From Nitrospirota bacterium (GTDB lineage Bacteria > Nitrospirota > UBA9217), in assembly GCA_963796285.1 (NCBI GenBank), contig CAWCKW010000012.1, positions 1,216,001 through 1,280,000 of the forward strand: a stretch of 64,000 nucleotides of DNA, given 5' to 3'. Under the pieces are notes generated by a model. That model made no database searches, was not told the origin of the DNA, and saw only the letters and a list, made by a program, of their open reading frames with translations. A program made the translations under genes and the position numbers. Below are positions 41,294-52,551 of this stretch, in pieces (within the stretch, counting starts at the first letter, position 1; the number at the start of each line of letters is the position of its first letter).

Positions 41294-42910
41294 ATGGACA
41301 ATTCGGGGATAAGTGCCGAGCACTTGAGGATCATCTACGAGAATTCACCCCTCGGCATCGAATTTTACGACGCCGAAGGGAGCCTCATCAACGCGAATCG
41401 GGCTTGTCTGGAAATGTTCGGTGTCACGGACATTTCAGCGATAATTAAATTCAACCTGTTTGACGATCCGAACTTGAGCGAACAGCACAAGAACGAGCTC
41501 CGCGAGGGCGGAACGATCAAACAGGAGATCTCCTTCGATTTTGCGAAGGTCAGGGAGCACAACCTCTATCCCACCTCAAAACAGGGGACGGTCTATCTTG
41601 ACCTGGTCATCACGCCGCTCCTCTCGCCCGACGCGAAGTCGAACATCGGTTACACCGTCACTGTCCGTGACATCACCCTCCGGCGGAACGCGGAAGCAAT
41701 GCTGCTGGAGCAAAAGAATTTTTCAGAACAGGTGATCGATAAGTCCGCGGTCGCTGTATTCGTCCTTGCCCACGACCATACGGTCGTTCTCTGGAACAGG
41801 GCGTGCGAAGAACTCACCGGGGTCCGCGCCGCGGAGATGATCGGCACGAGCAATCACTGGAGGCCGTTCTATGAACAGCAGCGGCCGACGCTGGCGGACA
41901 TCATTCTCGAGAACGAGCACGAGACGGTCTCCCTGCTCTACGCAAAGAGTGGCAGGTCCACCCTTATTCCGGACGGCATCCGCGGCGAAGGCTGGTACGC
42001 AAACATGAATGGAAAAAACCGGTACATCGTTTTTGACGCGGCCCCCCTCTATGACACCAAGAGCTGTTTGATCGGAGCGATCGAGACCCTGCACGACATG
42101 ACGGATTTTCGTCGGACCGAAGAGGACCTGGAGCGGAGGACGCTGGAACTCGTGAGATCGAACGCGGAGCTGGAGCACTTCGCCCATATCGCCTCGCATG
42201 ACCTGAAAGAGCCGCTCTTCACCATCGCCGGGTTTGCCGAGGTGCTCCAGGACAAGTATGAGGACCGGCTCGATGACAAGGGCAGGTCGTATCTCTCCCG
42301 CATCGTCGAGGGAACCCTTCGCATGGAGCGCCTGATCAATGACCTTTTGGCATATGCCCGCGTGACCTCGCAGGCCAGCCCCTTCGAGCCGGTCGCGTGC
42401 GCAGCCGTATTGGAGGAGGTCCTTTCCAATCTCAAGGCGGCGATCGACGAGAGTAACGCCACGATTACGGCTGATGACCTCCCGACCGTGATGGGCGACA
42501 AGACCCAGCTGGTGCAATTGTTCCAGAACCTGATCGGTAATGCGATCAAGTACCGGCGGGACGCGTCCCCGGTGATCCGCATCTCTGCCGCACCAATCCA
42601 GGAACCGCAGGAGGGCAAGGCTGACAATGCCAGAGAACAACCGCTTGCCCGCGATGCTCATAGACGTGATGGACGAGGATGGATTTTTTCCGTCTCGGAC
42701 AACGGCATCGGCATCGAGCCGCGCTATTTCAAAGAGATTTTCAAGATATTTCAGCGCATCCCCTTGCAGGAGAAAACCTATTCGGGAACCGGCATCGGCC
42801 TCGCGATCTGTGAAAAAATCGTGGAACGGCACGGCGGCCGCATCTGGGTCGAGTCCGAGCCGGGCAAGGGCACCACGTTTTACTGGAACCTGTTTACCCA
42901 CCATGAGTGA
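41294..42910 (+). CDS. Cytoplasmic PAS-PAS histidine kinase
   Basis: Two PAS domains, ASHDLKEPL, QNLIGNAIKY and GTGIGLA. Confidence 0.9.
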   Translation: MDNSGISAEHLRIIYENSPLGIEFYDAEGSLINANRACLEMFGVTDISAIIKFNLFDDPNLSEQHKNELREGGTIKQEISFDFAKVREHNLYPTSKQGTVYLDLVITPLLSPDAKSNIGYTVTVRDITLRRNAEAMLLEQKNFSEQVIDKSAVAVFVLAHDHTVVLWNRACEELTGVRAAEMIGTSNHWRPFYEQQRPTLADIILENEHETVSLLYAKSGRSTLIPDGIRGEGWYANMNGKNRYIVFDAAPLYDTKSCLIGAIETLHDMTDFRRTEEDLERRTLELVRSNAELEHFAHIASHDLKEPLFTIAGFAEVLQDKYEDRLDDKGRSYLSRIVEGTLRMERLINDLLAYARVTSQASPFEPVACAAVLEEVLSNLKAAIDESNATITADDLPTVMGDKTQLVQLFQNLIGNAIKYRRDASPVIRISAAPIQEPQEGKADNAREQPLARDAHRRDGRGWIFSVSDNGIGIEPRYFKEIFKIFQRIPLQEKTYSGTGIGLAICEKIVERHGGRIWVESEPGKGTTFYWNLFTHHE

Positions 42911-43808
42911 ACGCTTTAACCAAGGCTGTGAATACCGCGAACGACTCGGTCCCGATGCTCATTCCCGGACCTTGCTTGCTTATCTGAGCCATCGCTATCG
43001 TCACTCTTCCCCAACGGAGTGGGAAGCACGCATTGCATCCGGTCATGTGCTTATCGATGGACTGCCTGCGCATGCGGAAAGCGTACTGCGCGCGGGATGC
43101 CAAGTTGTCTGGCAGCGGCCGCCATGGATCGAACCTGATGCGCCGAAGTCATTTTCCGTTCTCTATGAAGACGATGACCTGATCGCGGTGAACAAACCAG
43201 CAGGGTTGCCCACGCTTCCCGGCGCTAATTTTCTCCAGTCAACGCTCCTGCATCTCGTACAGTCCTATGCGCCTGATGCCGCTCCTCTCCATCGATTGGG
43301 TCGATGGACGTCAGGCATAGTATTGTGTGCCCGGAACCATGCTGCCCGGACAGAATTGATGAGGCAGTGGTCGGCAAATGAGGTCGGCAAAGTCTACCGC
43401 GCGCTTGCAAACGGAAATCCCGATTGGGACGAGCAAACAATCTCCGCGCCCATAGGACCTGTGCCGCACACCTTGCTCGGGTCGATCCACGCCGCGACTC
43501 AAAAAGGCAAGTCCGCCTTGACTTACGTCACCGTCATCGAACGCCGCGTAGATTCCTTCCTGTGTAATGTGCGTATCGCGACAGGCCGTCCTCACCAGAT
43601 CCGGATCCACCTGGCAGCTTCAGGCCACCCTCTGGTTGGCGATCCTCTGTATAGTGCGGGCGGTCTGCCCTTGCCGGATACGCGTGCTTTACCTGGCGAC
43701 CCGGGCTACCACCTTCACGCAGCAGAACTGAGCTTTCGTCATCCCGTCACCAGGCGCGAGGTCGTCATCGACTGCGAACCGCCGTCGCTATTACGACGCT
43801 CAGGATAA
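42903..43808 (+). CDS. RluA-family pseudouridine synthase
   Basis: VLYEDDDLIAVNKPAGLP, HRLGRWTSG, TGRPHQIRIH and GHPLVGDPLY. The catalytic HRLD motif appears as HRLG. Confidence 0.88.
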   Translation: MSERFNQGCEYRERLGPDAHSRTLLAYLSHRYRHSSPTEWEARIASGHVLIDGLPAHAESVLRAGCQVVWQRPPWIEPDAPKSFSVLYEDDDLIAVNKPAGLPTLPGANFLQSTLLHLVQSYAPDAAPLHRLGRWTSGIVLCARNHAARTELMRQWSANEVGKVYRALANGNPDWDEQTISAPIGPVPHTLLGSIHAATQKGKSALTYVTVIERRVDSFLCNVRIATGRPHQIRIHLAASGHPLVGDPLYSAGGLPLPDTRALPGDPGYHLHAAELSFRHPVTRREVVIDCEPPSLLRRSG

Positions 43809-43876
43809 CAACCGCTCGAGAGGACGGGGCCGGCCTGAGAGTCACACAGCTCATCCAATTCACGATCGATCAGCCA

Positions 43877-46127
43877 TCACGTCCGGTTCTTCATGAAAGC
43901 CTGCTGCAGTGCGTTGATATCCGCCTGCGGTTTTTGCTGCTGCTTCTTCTGCTGCGGTTGCCGCTTTGCTTGTTCCTGCTTCGGCCTGTCCGGATTCTTT
44001 TTTAATGACAGCGATATCCGTTTTCTCTTCACGTCCACGTCAAGCACCGTGGTCATCACCTTCTGATTCACCTTCACGGCCTCGTTCGCATCTTTTATGA
44101 AACGGTCCGAAAGCTGGCTCAGGTGCGCAAGGCCGTCCTGGTGGACACCAATATCGATAAAGGCCCCGAACGCGGTGATATTCGTCACCACGCCGGGCAA
44201 TTTCATCCCCGGCACCACGTCCTCGATCTTCTCCACACCCTCGGTAAAACTGAAGGCCTCGAATTGCTCACGCGGGTCCCTGCCGGGCTTGGCAAGCTCG
44301 GCCATGATGTCCTTCAGCGTGGGCAGGCCGACCGTATCGGTCGCATAGGTATTGAGATCGATCTTTTTGCGCAGTTCCTCGCTCCGCATCAGGTCCTGGA
44401 TGGAGCAGTTCAGGTCCCGCGCCATGGCGTCCACGATTGGATAGGTCTCAGGATGCACCCCGCTCGCATCGAGAGGATTGCTGCCGTCGCGAATGCGCAG
44501 AAATCCCGCTGCCAGCTCAAAGGTCTTCGGCCCAAGCTTCGGGACTTTCTTCAACTCGGTCCTCGACTGAAACGGGCCGTTTGCATCCCGGTATTCCACG
44601 ACATTCCCGGCCAACTGCGGTCCCAGCCCGGAAACGTAAGTCAGCAGCTGCTTGCTCGCGGTATTCACCTCGACTCCCACGCCATTCACGCACATGATGA
44701 CCACATCATCAAGACTCCGCTTGAGGGCCGTCTGGTCTACATCGTGCTGGTACTGGCCGACGCCGATGGATTTGGGATCGATCTTTACCAGCTCTGCCAG
44801 GGGATCCATCAGCCTGCGGCCGATCGATACCGAACCGCGCACCGTAAGGTCCTGATCAGGGAACTCTTCCCGCGCGACCTCGGACGCTGAATAGATGGAG
44901 GCGCCGCTCTCATTCACCATCACGATCTGGACCGAAGCCGGAAGGCCGAGCTGCCTGACGAACGCCTCGGTCTCGCGGCCAGCGGTACCGTTGCCGATGG
45001 CGATCGCTTCCACGTCATATTGTTTGCAGAGATCAATGACCTTTTTCCCCGCCTCTCCCGTGTTCTTTTCGGAAAAATGGGGATAGATGACATCGGTCTG
45101 CAGCAGCTTGCCCTGCCGGTCGATGCAGACCACCTTGCACCCGGTGCGGAACCCGGGATCAATTGCCAGGATGTTCTTTTGGCCCAGGGGCGGTGAAAGC
45201 AGGACCTGCCGCAGGTTCTCTGCAAAAACACGGATGGCCTCTGCATCGGCCCGTTCCTTGGTCGTGACCCTCATTTCCGTTTCCATGGACAGGGAGAGAA
45301 GCCGTTTGTAGGAATCATGGACCGCTGTCTTCACTTGCTGCGAGGCCGGGCCCTCACCTTTCACAAACAGCGATTCGAGCAGCGCGATCGCCTCTTCCTC
45401 AGGCGGAGTGGCGCGCAGGACCAGGAACCCCTCCTTCTCCCCCCGCCTCATGGCCAGGATGCGGTGGGACGGAGCAGCGGCGATCGGCTCCTGCCAGTCG
45501 AAGTAGTCCTTGTATTTGACCCCCTCTTCCTCTTTTCCGGTCAGCACCTTGGTCCTGAACTGGCCCTTGGAGGCGTACAACTCACGCATCTTCTGCCGGG
45601 CGTTCTGGTCCTCGTTAACCCATTCCGCAATGATGTCGCGCGCACCGGAGAGGGCGTCGTCCGCGGTCTCAACGCCCTTTTCTTTGTCCACGAATCCAAC
45701 AGCCTCGGCAGTGGGATCAACGGATGCCTCCTGCGAGAACAGCCGGAGTGCCAACGGTTCAAGCCCTTTCTCCCGGGCGATCATCGCTCTCGTGCGGCGC
45801 TTGGGGCGGTAGGGCAGATAGATGTCTTCAAGCACGGTCAGGGTTTCCGCTGCCAGGACCTTGGCCTTCAGTTCGTCCGTGAGCTTTCCCGTTTCTTCAA
45901 GCGATTTCAGGATCGCCTCGCGCCGTTTGTCCAGTTCCCGAAGCTGCGCCAACCGGTCTCGAACAGCGGCAACCGCGACCTCGTCAAGAGAGCCGGTGAC
46001 CTCTTTCCGGTACCGGGAGATGAACGGTACGGTAGCGCCTTCATCGAGGAGCGCGGCGCATGCGATCACCTGCTTTTCTGGTATGGATAGTTCTTGCGGC
46101 GATCGTGCTGATATGTCCTGATGTCAT
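43877..46127 (-). CDS. tex: Tex family RNA-binding transcriptional accessory protein (frameshift near the start)
   Basis: GATVPFISRYRKEVTG, LEDIYLPYRPKRRT, IDPGFRTGCK, DPKSIGVGQYQHD and a C-terminal S1 domain. Confidence 0.93.
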
Positions 46128-46387
46128 GGGGGTCCTTTTCTCTGAAGGGATAAGACGGGGATAGTAACAAAAACAAGGTTGGATGTAAAGACATGCTTCA
46201 ATAAAGAAAGATACTGACAGCCTTCGACTGATCTGACTGGTGAGGTCTGAAGCATAATGGGAATTTGATGGTCGTTAGCTGGTTCCTGATGATGCTCTTC
46301 GCGCCTCATCAATTACCCGGTCATATTAGAATGATTTCCCCGGCAAAACACTGCGTCCCGTCCGGACCGGACGGATCAGACAGGCTT

Positions 46388-47168
46388 TCAGGACCGACAG
46401 GCCGCGACCGGCAGATTGATGGGATCAACGAGCATGTCCGGGGCCGGTTTCCGGTAGTAAGGGCATTGCTCTTCCCGGCACCCGTGCGGGTGGCGGACGC
46501 TGTCGGTGCAGACGATCGAGGTTTTCGCCATTGGCAGCACGATGCCGAACCGTTCCGCGAAGATCGTGACCGCAGTGGAAAGCGCCGCTCGCACATAGGC
46601 CTTGCAGCAGCTCGGCCCGGTAAGTTCGGCGATGGCCTGCGAGACCCTGATCACGGCGTCCATGGTAATTTTTTGTTCCGCATCGGACCCGCACCGCGCC
46701 CCGAGAAAGAGGGAGAAGCACGCGCCGATGGCCGGTGCAATGCCGCACACGCCCGTGAGCCCGCAGTAACCGCTCACGGCCTGCTTCGCGGTCCTGTCGA
46801 ACACCTCGCGGATGTCCGCGTCCGTGATCTTGCCTTTGCCGTAGGGCGAGTTCTTGAGCGCCGCCATGAGCGCTCCCGCGGCGATATACGCATGCTCGCA
46901 TCCGAGCATGGGAAGGTCAGGACGGCCCATCATAAGCTCTGCTATCGCTATAGGGTCTTCGGACGTGGTCGTGAGGGCCAGATCCATGATGATGCCCTTT
47001 AAATCGCCCGCGTGGCATTCCTCGCAGATGAAGTGCCCCTGGGGACAGGTGATGCTCCCCTGTCACGTTCTTTCCGCAGTAGATGCAGGTAAGGTTTTCC
47101 GCGTGGTGCAGATAATCGAGGACAGAACCGCAGACCATGCAGTTTTCGGTGTTCTTCTTTTCGTTCAT
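46388..47168 (-). CDS. Cys-rich DUF5714-like protein (frameshift near 47060)
   Basis: CMVCG, CIYCG and CPQGHFICEECH, then CEHAYIAAG, GYCGLTGVCG and GPSCCK. Confidence 0.75.
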
Positions 47169-47326
47169 GGTTTATTTATACCACAGATGCCGGCTGATTT
47201 CTATAATTACGGTTTCTGTCCTTTGGCTTGACTTTTTCGATGCTTTTACGCTATGCTGAAATTAACGTTATCGGCAATAGTATGTTCCAGCGCAGATATT
47301 TCAAGGATCTCGTCAGGAGTTCTTAA

Positions 47327-48114
47327 GTGAATAAAGCCGTTCTGCTGCTTCTCACCCTGCTTGTTGATGCCCATCCCCTCCCTTGGCCACGAAACCACGG
47401 CCACGAAAGCCGATATCGCGCTCGAGGAAAAACTGGGACAGTACATCCCCGCTGATGCCGTGTTCAGTTGACGAGAACAATAAGCGTCTATCTCTCAACG
47501 AGGCGCTCACCAAACCGGTGATCATCGCCCCGGTCTATCTGGGCTGCACGCATGAATGCCCCCTGCTCCTGTCCGGCCTGGCCCAGGCGCTCGGCAAGCT
47601 CGATATGATCACGCCGGGCAAGGACTTCACCGTGATCACGCTCAGCTTCGACGACAAGGACACACCGCAGATCGCGCACGACAAGAAGAGGAACTATATC
47701 AAAGCTGTCGGGAAGCCCTTCCCTGAGGACGCGTGGATGTTCCTGACCGGCGATGCGATCAACATCAGGAAGTTCACCGATTCCATCGGTTTCAAGTTCC
47801 AGCGGGACGGAGAGCACGATTTCTCCCACCCGGTGACGCTCGTCGTGGTCTCGCCGCAGGGAAAGATCGTCCGGTACCTCGACGGCGTAAGTTTCCTGCC
47901 CTTCGACATCACCATGGCAGTGAACGAGGCGGCGAAAGGCACGGTCGGCTCCACCGGCCGCAGAGTGCTGATGTACTGCTTCAGCTACGATCCGTTGAAG
48001 AAATCGTACGTGTTCAATATTTTAAAGGTCGTCGGGACCGTCATGGTCATTTTTGCGGCATCGTTCTTTGCGTATCTCATGATCATCGACAAAGAAAAAA
48101 AGCGACATGAACTG
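47327..48114 (+). CDS. SCO family copper chaperone (frameshifted; exact end uncertain)
   Basis: CTHEC (CxxxC), SFD, FSHP and YCFSYDP; first gene of the cox operon. Confidence 0.85.
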
Positions 48115-48116
48115 AC

Positions 48117-48354
48117 GGTAGCCGCAGGCTTCAGCCTGCGTGCCATGTCACATGCAGAAGGATTTTTTTGATCATATCATTAGAAAAGACGAGACCTTGG
48201 CAAATCAAGTACGGTACATACTCGATCAACCCTGTCGCGAAAAGGGATAGTAGCCTCTTGCGGGATTACTCCTATAAAGGTTCCATCGGCTGTACATTAG
48301 AAGATGTATTAAACAGCATTGTGTAAATAACGCAGGCTGAAGCCTGCGGCTACC
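48117..48354 (+). mobile_element. REPtron remnant: inverted GTAG-REP pair flanking a truncated RAYT transposase fragment
   Basis: Perfect 25-bp inverted repeats ggtagccgcaggcttcagcctgcgt / acgcaggctgaagcctgcggctacc. The interior translates as QKDFFDHIIRKDETLANQVRYILD-NPV. Confidence 0.8.
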
Positions 48355-48365
48355 AGGAACACCTT

Positions 48366-49963
48366 ATGGAAAATAACTTCTACACCACACTCCGGGAAAA
48401 TACCCCGGCATCTTCGGCTGGATCTTCTCGACCGACCACAAGCGCATCGGCCTGCTGTATCTCATGTCGATGCTTCTCCTTCTTCCTGGTAGGCATGGGC
48501 CTCGGCCTCACCATGCGGCTCGAGCTCATCGCTCCGGGCACGCACTTCATCACGCGCCCAGACGTACAACGCCCTGTTCACGGTCCACGGCGTGATCATG
48601 ATCTTCCTCTTCATCATCCCCGGCATCCCGGCCACGCTCGGTAACTTCATCCTGCCGCTCCAGATCGGCGCCCGGGACGTGGCCTTCCCGCGGCTCAACC
48701 TGATGTCGTGGTGGCTCTATATCATCCGGCGCCGTCGTGGTGCTCACCTCGCTGTTCACCGGCGGCGGGCCGCCGGACACGGGCTGGACCTTCTACGTGC
48801 CCTACAGCATCCGCACGGGCACGAACGTGTCGCTCGCGGTCTTCGGCGTGTTCCTCCTCGGCGTTCTCGTCAACGCTCACGGGGCTGAATTTCCTCACCA
48901 CGATCCACCGCCTCCGCGCGCCCGGCATGACGTGGTTCCGCATGCCGCTGTTCACCTGGTCGCTCTACGCCACGGCCTGGGTCCAGCTCCTGGCCACGCC
49001 GATCATCGCCATCACGCTGCTGCTGATCATCGTCGAGCGCTTCTTCGGCGTGGGCTTCTTCGACCCGGCAAAAGGCGGCGACCCGATCCTGTTCGAGCAC
49101 CTCTTCTGGATCTACTCGCACCCGGCGGTCTACATCATGATCCTGCCGGCCATGGGCGCGGTCACCGACATCATCCCCGTCTTCTCCCGCAGGACCATCT
49201 TCGGGTACAAGGCCATCGCCTTCTCGAGCCTCGCCATCGCGCTTCGTCGGCTACCTCGTCTGGGGCCACCACATGTTCACCAGCGGCATGAGCGACACGG
49301 CGCGCATGGTCTTCTCGCTCCTCACTTTCCTCGTGGCCATCCCGAGCGGCATCAAGGTCTTCAACTGGGTCGCGAGCATGTACAAGGGGTCGATCCAGCT
49401 TGACTCGCCCATGCTCTTCGTGCATCGGCTTCATCTTCCTCTTCTCCATCGGCGGCCTGACCGGGCTCGTGCAGGGGGCACTTGCCACGAACATCCACGT
49501 CCACGGCACCTACTTCATCGTGGCCCACTTTCACTACGTCATGTTCGGCGGCACGGGCTTCGCGTTCTTCGCCGGCGCTCCATTACTGGTATCCCAAGAT
49601 GTTCGGCAGGATGTATGAACGAGCAGCTCGCAAGGATCGACTGGGTATTCCTGTTCATCGGCTTCAACATCCTCTACTTCCCCATGTTCGTCCTGGGCTG
49701 GCAGGGCATGCCGAGGCGGTATTACGATTACCTTCCGAAATACCATACGGGCCAATCTGATCTCGACCATCGGGTCCTGGATCCTGGCGATCGGGATACT
49801 TCTGATGTTCTTCAACTTCATCCGGTCGTTGCGAAAAGGCGAGAAGGCCCCGGCAAATCCCTGGGGCGGGGCGACGCTCGAGTGGCAGACAAGCTCCCCG
49901 CCGCCCACGGAGAACTTCGAGAAGGTCCCCGAGGTCACCAAGGGGCCGTATACGTATAGATAG
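48366..49963 (+). CDS. ctaD: Cytochrome c oxidase subunit I, type A2 (multiple frameshifts)
   Basis: [61 protein letters not shown] and GMPRRY. Confidence 0.93.
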
Positions 49964-50095
49964 AGTCTGTATTTTAATTGCCGATTCATGTAAGATCGTC
50001 ATTCCTGCGAAGGCAGGAATCCAGTCTTTTCACTAAACTCTGGATGCCGGATCAAGTCCGGCATGACGAAAATGGACACTTAAATGCAGACTCTA
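49961..50095. mobile_element. MITE-like element, copy 2
   Basis: tagagtctgtattttaat ... ttaaatgcagactcta with the same core as 1602-1736. Its first TAG is the ctaD stop. Confidence 0.75.
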
Positions 50096-50178
50096 ATGAT
50101 CAGATTTTCTTCGTGCCTTTGTGGCTCAGTGTGGCCCTCTTCTTGGCCATCGCGTGAACAAATGACTTCAAGGTTTTT

Positions 50179-50796
50179 ATGAACGAACTTGCACATACAG
50201 CCTCCAAACACACCGACTACACCGGCTCCAAGCTCGGCATGTGGTTCTTCCTGTTCACCGAGATCCTGCTCTTCGGCGGACTGTTCCTGGTCTACTCCGT
50301 GTATCGCGCCGTGCATCAAGAGGCGTTCCATACAGCGGCAAAGGAGCTCAGCACGATGCTCGGGGCGATCAACACCGTGGTCCTGCTGACGAGCAGCCTG
50401 ACCATGGCCCTTGCCATTGCCGCGCTCAGGCAGGGGAAGAGAAACACCTCGATCATCTACCAATCGATCACCATCCTGTTCGGCATTGCCTTTCTCGTGA
50501 ACAAGTACTTCGAGTGGAGCGGCCACATCCACCAGGGGATCTATCCGAACTCGCCGGAACTGCTCTCGCGGGACCATGGCGAGATCTTGTTCTACGGTTT
50601 GTACTATGTCATGACCGGGCTGCACGGTCTGCACGTGCTCGCCGGCGTGCTGCTGATCGGGACCATGCTGTCGTTGACGCTCAAAGGGAGCATTACGGGT
50701 GACAAGTTCAACAAGCTCGAGAACACCGGTCTCTACTGGCATCTGGTGGATATCATCTGGATCTATCTGTTCCCGCTTTTCTATCTTATAACCTGA
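50179..50796 (+). CDS. ctaE: Cytochrome c oxidase subunit III
   Basis: GMWFFLFTEILLFGGLF, NTVVLLTSS, TGLHGLHV and YWHLVDIIW. Confidence 0.95.
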   Translation: MNELAHTASKHTDYTGSKLGMWFFLFTEILLFGGLFLVYSVYRAVHQEAFHTAAKELSTMLGAINTVVLLTSSLTMALAIAALRQGKRNTSIIYQSITILFGIAFLVNKYFEWSGHIHQGIYPNSPELLSRDHGEILFYGLYYVMTGLHGLHVLAGVLLIGTMLSLTLKGSITGDKFNKLENTGLYWHLVDIIWIYLFPLFYLIT

Positions 50797-50811
50797 GGTG
50801 CAGCGACTTTT

Positions 50812-51090
50812 ATGAATAGACGAACGACACATAAGATCATCGTGGTCTCATGGCTCGCTCTGTTTATTTTCCTGGGGTACGGGGTCTGGAGCTTTCAGGG
50901 AGGTGAGCTGATGATCCTGGCATTTTTTGTCATAAGCATCATTGCCTACATACTGTATGCCTTCCTGGCCCGGTGTCCGGCTTGCAGAATGCCGCTTTTG
51001 CTCCGGCCTCTCAATATATTCGGGATGGAACTGTATGTCTGGTCGCTCCTGACACCTGAACGATGCAGACATTGTGAAACGATCATATAA
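50812..51090 (+). CDS. Small membrane protein with CxxC...CxxC
   Basis: Two TMs, then RCPACR and RCRHCE; GAGG RBS; sits inside the cox operon. Confidence 0.7.
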   Translation: MNRRTTHKIIVVSWLALFIFLGYGVWSFQGGELMILAFFVISIIAYILYAFLARCPACRMPLLLRPLNIFGMELYVWSLLTPERCRHCETII

Positions 51091-51392
51091 TGAAAGGCCC
51101 TGACCATATGGATGATCAAGAGAAACTTCCCGGGAGCACCGGGACCTACGTCATCATCTGGATCACGCTCCTCGCGCTCACGGCTACCACGATCACTGTC
51201 GCGGGAATGCACCTCGGAAGGTTCAGCACCCTTACCGCGCTCGTCATCGCGTCGATCAAGGCAAGCCTCGTACTGTGGTTCTTCATGCACCTCAAGTACG
51301 AGAAGCGATTGTTCAAGTACTTGCTCCTGGTCCCGATCGTGACGCTCACGGTCACGATCGGTCTCACATTCCTCGATATCTGGTACAGGTGA
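51090..51392 (+). CDS. ctaF: Cytochrome c oxidase subunit IV
   Basis: YVIIWITLLALT and IASIKASLVLWFFMHLKYE. Confidence 0.92.
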   Translation: MKGPDHMDDQEKLPGSTGTYVIIWITLLALTATTITVAGMHLGRFSTLTALVIASIKASLVLWFFMHLKYEKRLFKYLLLVPIVTLTVTIGLTFLDIWYR

Positions 51393-51394
51393 AC

Positions 51395-52315
51395 ATGGTA
51401 AACGGCTGGCAAAACCTCTCGGGCTCTGTTGACAACGTCTTCTATTTCATCATGAGCATCGGCATCGCGCTGCTCCTGGGCGTCACAGGTGTGATGCTCA
51501 CCTTCGTATACCGATACAGCAGGAAGCGGAACCCCAATCCCGAGGACATCAAGGACAATCTCCCTCTCGAGGTCATCTGGACCGTCATCCCCACCCTTCT
51601 CGTGCTCGCCATGTTCTGGATGGGATGGAAAGGGTTCCAGTACATGCGCACGGTCCCGTCCGATGCCATGCTCGTGAAGGTCACCGCGAGCATGTGGTCC
51701 TGGTCGTTCCAATACGAGAATGGCAAACAGAGCGGCACCTTGAATCTGCCCCTCGGCAAGCCCGTCAAGCTCTCCATCACCTCCACGGACGTGCTCCACA
51801 GCCTATCCATCCCGGCGTTCCGCGTCAAAGAGGACGCGGTGCCCGGCAGGGAGACTTATCTCTGGTTTTTGCCCGACGAAGCCGGGACCTATGATCTGTT
51901 CTGCACTGAATACTGCGGCGCGGGACATTCGTCCATGATAACGAAGGTTGAGATCATGCCGGTGAAGAAGTTCGAATCGTGGTATACCGAGAAAACAGAA
52001 ACAGAAGGCGGGCCAAAGAAACATCCTGACGGTGCAATGTTGGTGAAGGAAAAAGGCTGCGTTGCGTGCCATTCCCTGGACGGGACCGCGAAGGTGGGAC
52101 CGACGTTAAAAGGGGTCTTTGGCAGAAAAGAAATTGTCGTGACCGCCGGCAAGGAACATGAGCTCGTTGTGAACGAAGACTATATCAAGCACTCCCTGCT
52201 GGAACCCCAGGCGGATGTTGTAAAAGGTTTTCCACCGATCATGCCGTCGCAGAAGGGGCTGCTGAAGGACGATGAGATCGACGCGATCATTGAGTATTTA
52301 GAGAATTTGAAATAA
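51395..52315 (+). CDS. ctaC: Cytochrome c oxidase subunit II with fused cytochrome c
   Basis: LEVIWTVIP, DVLHS, CuA motif CTEYCGAGHSSM and heme motif CVACH. Confidence 0.95.
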   Translation: MVNGWQNLSGSVDNVFYFIMSIGIALLLGVTGVMLTFVYRYSRKRNPNPEDIKDNLPLEVIWTVIPTLLVLAMFWMGWKGFQYMRTVPSDAMLVKVTASMWSWSFQYENGKQSGTLNLPLGKPVKLSITSTDVLHSLSIPAFRVKEDAVPGRETYLWFLPDEAGTYDLFCTEYCGAGHSSMITKVEIMPVKKFESWYTEKTETEGGPKKHPDGAMLVKEKGCVACHSLDGTAKVGPTLKGVFGRKEIVVTAGKEHELVVNEDYIKHSLLEPQADVVKGFPPIMPSQKGLLKDDEIDAIIEYLENLK

Positions 52316-52403
52316 AAACGCGGCACGCTGCCTGCATCCTTTCCATCAAGTGAGGGAATAATCTCCTTGCCCCTCGCTGGAAAGGCCTCGGGACGACACT
52401 TTC

Positions 52404-52540
52404 GCCACAGAGGCCACCGAGAACACAGAGACAGGATTTTGGCATGTCCTCATAACAACATTCTACGTTACATTTTACCTCTGTGATCTCTGAGTCCTCT
52501 GTGGCAAAAAAAGGTTGAGGTTCCGTCTTGTCCTGGTTAG
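52404..52540. repeat. cacagag-type inverted repeat with a conserved tail
   Basis: gccacagaggccaccgagaacacagag pairs with ctctgtgatctctgagtcctctgtggc, followed by ttccgtcttgtcctggttag. Confidence 0.7.
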
Positions 52541-52551
52541 GATCATCATCT

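Noticed and set aside
42627-42902. N-terminal extension of the RluA protein
   Set aside because: It is an alternative frame of the upstream kinase; the likely start is the ATG at 42903.
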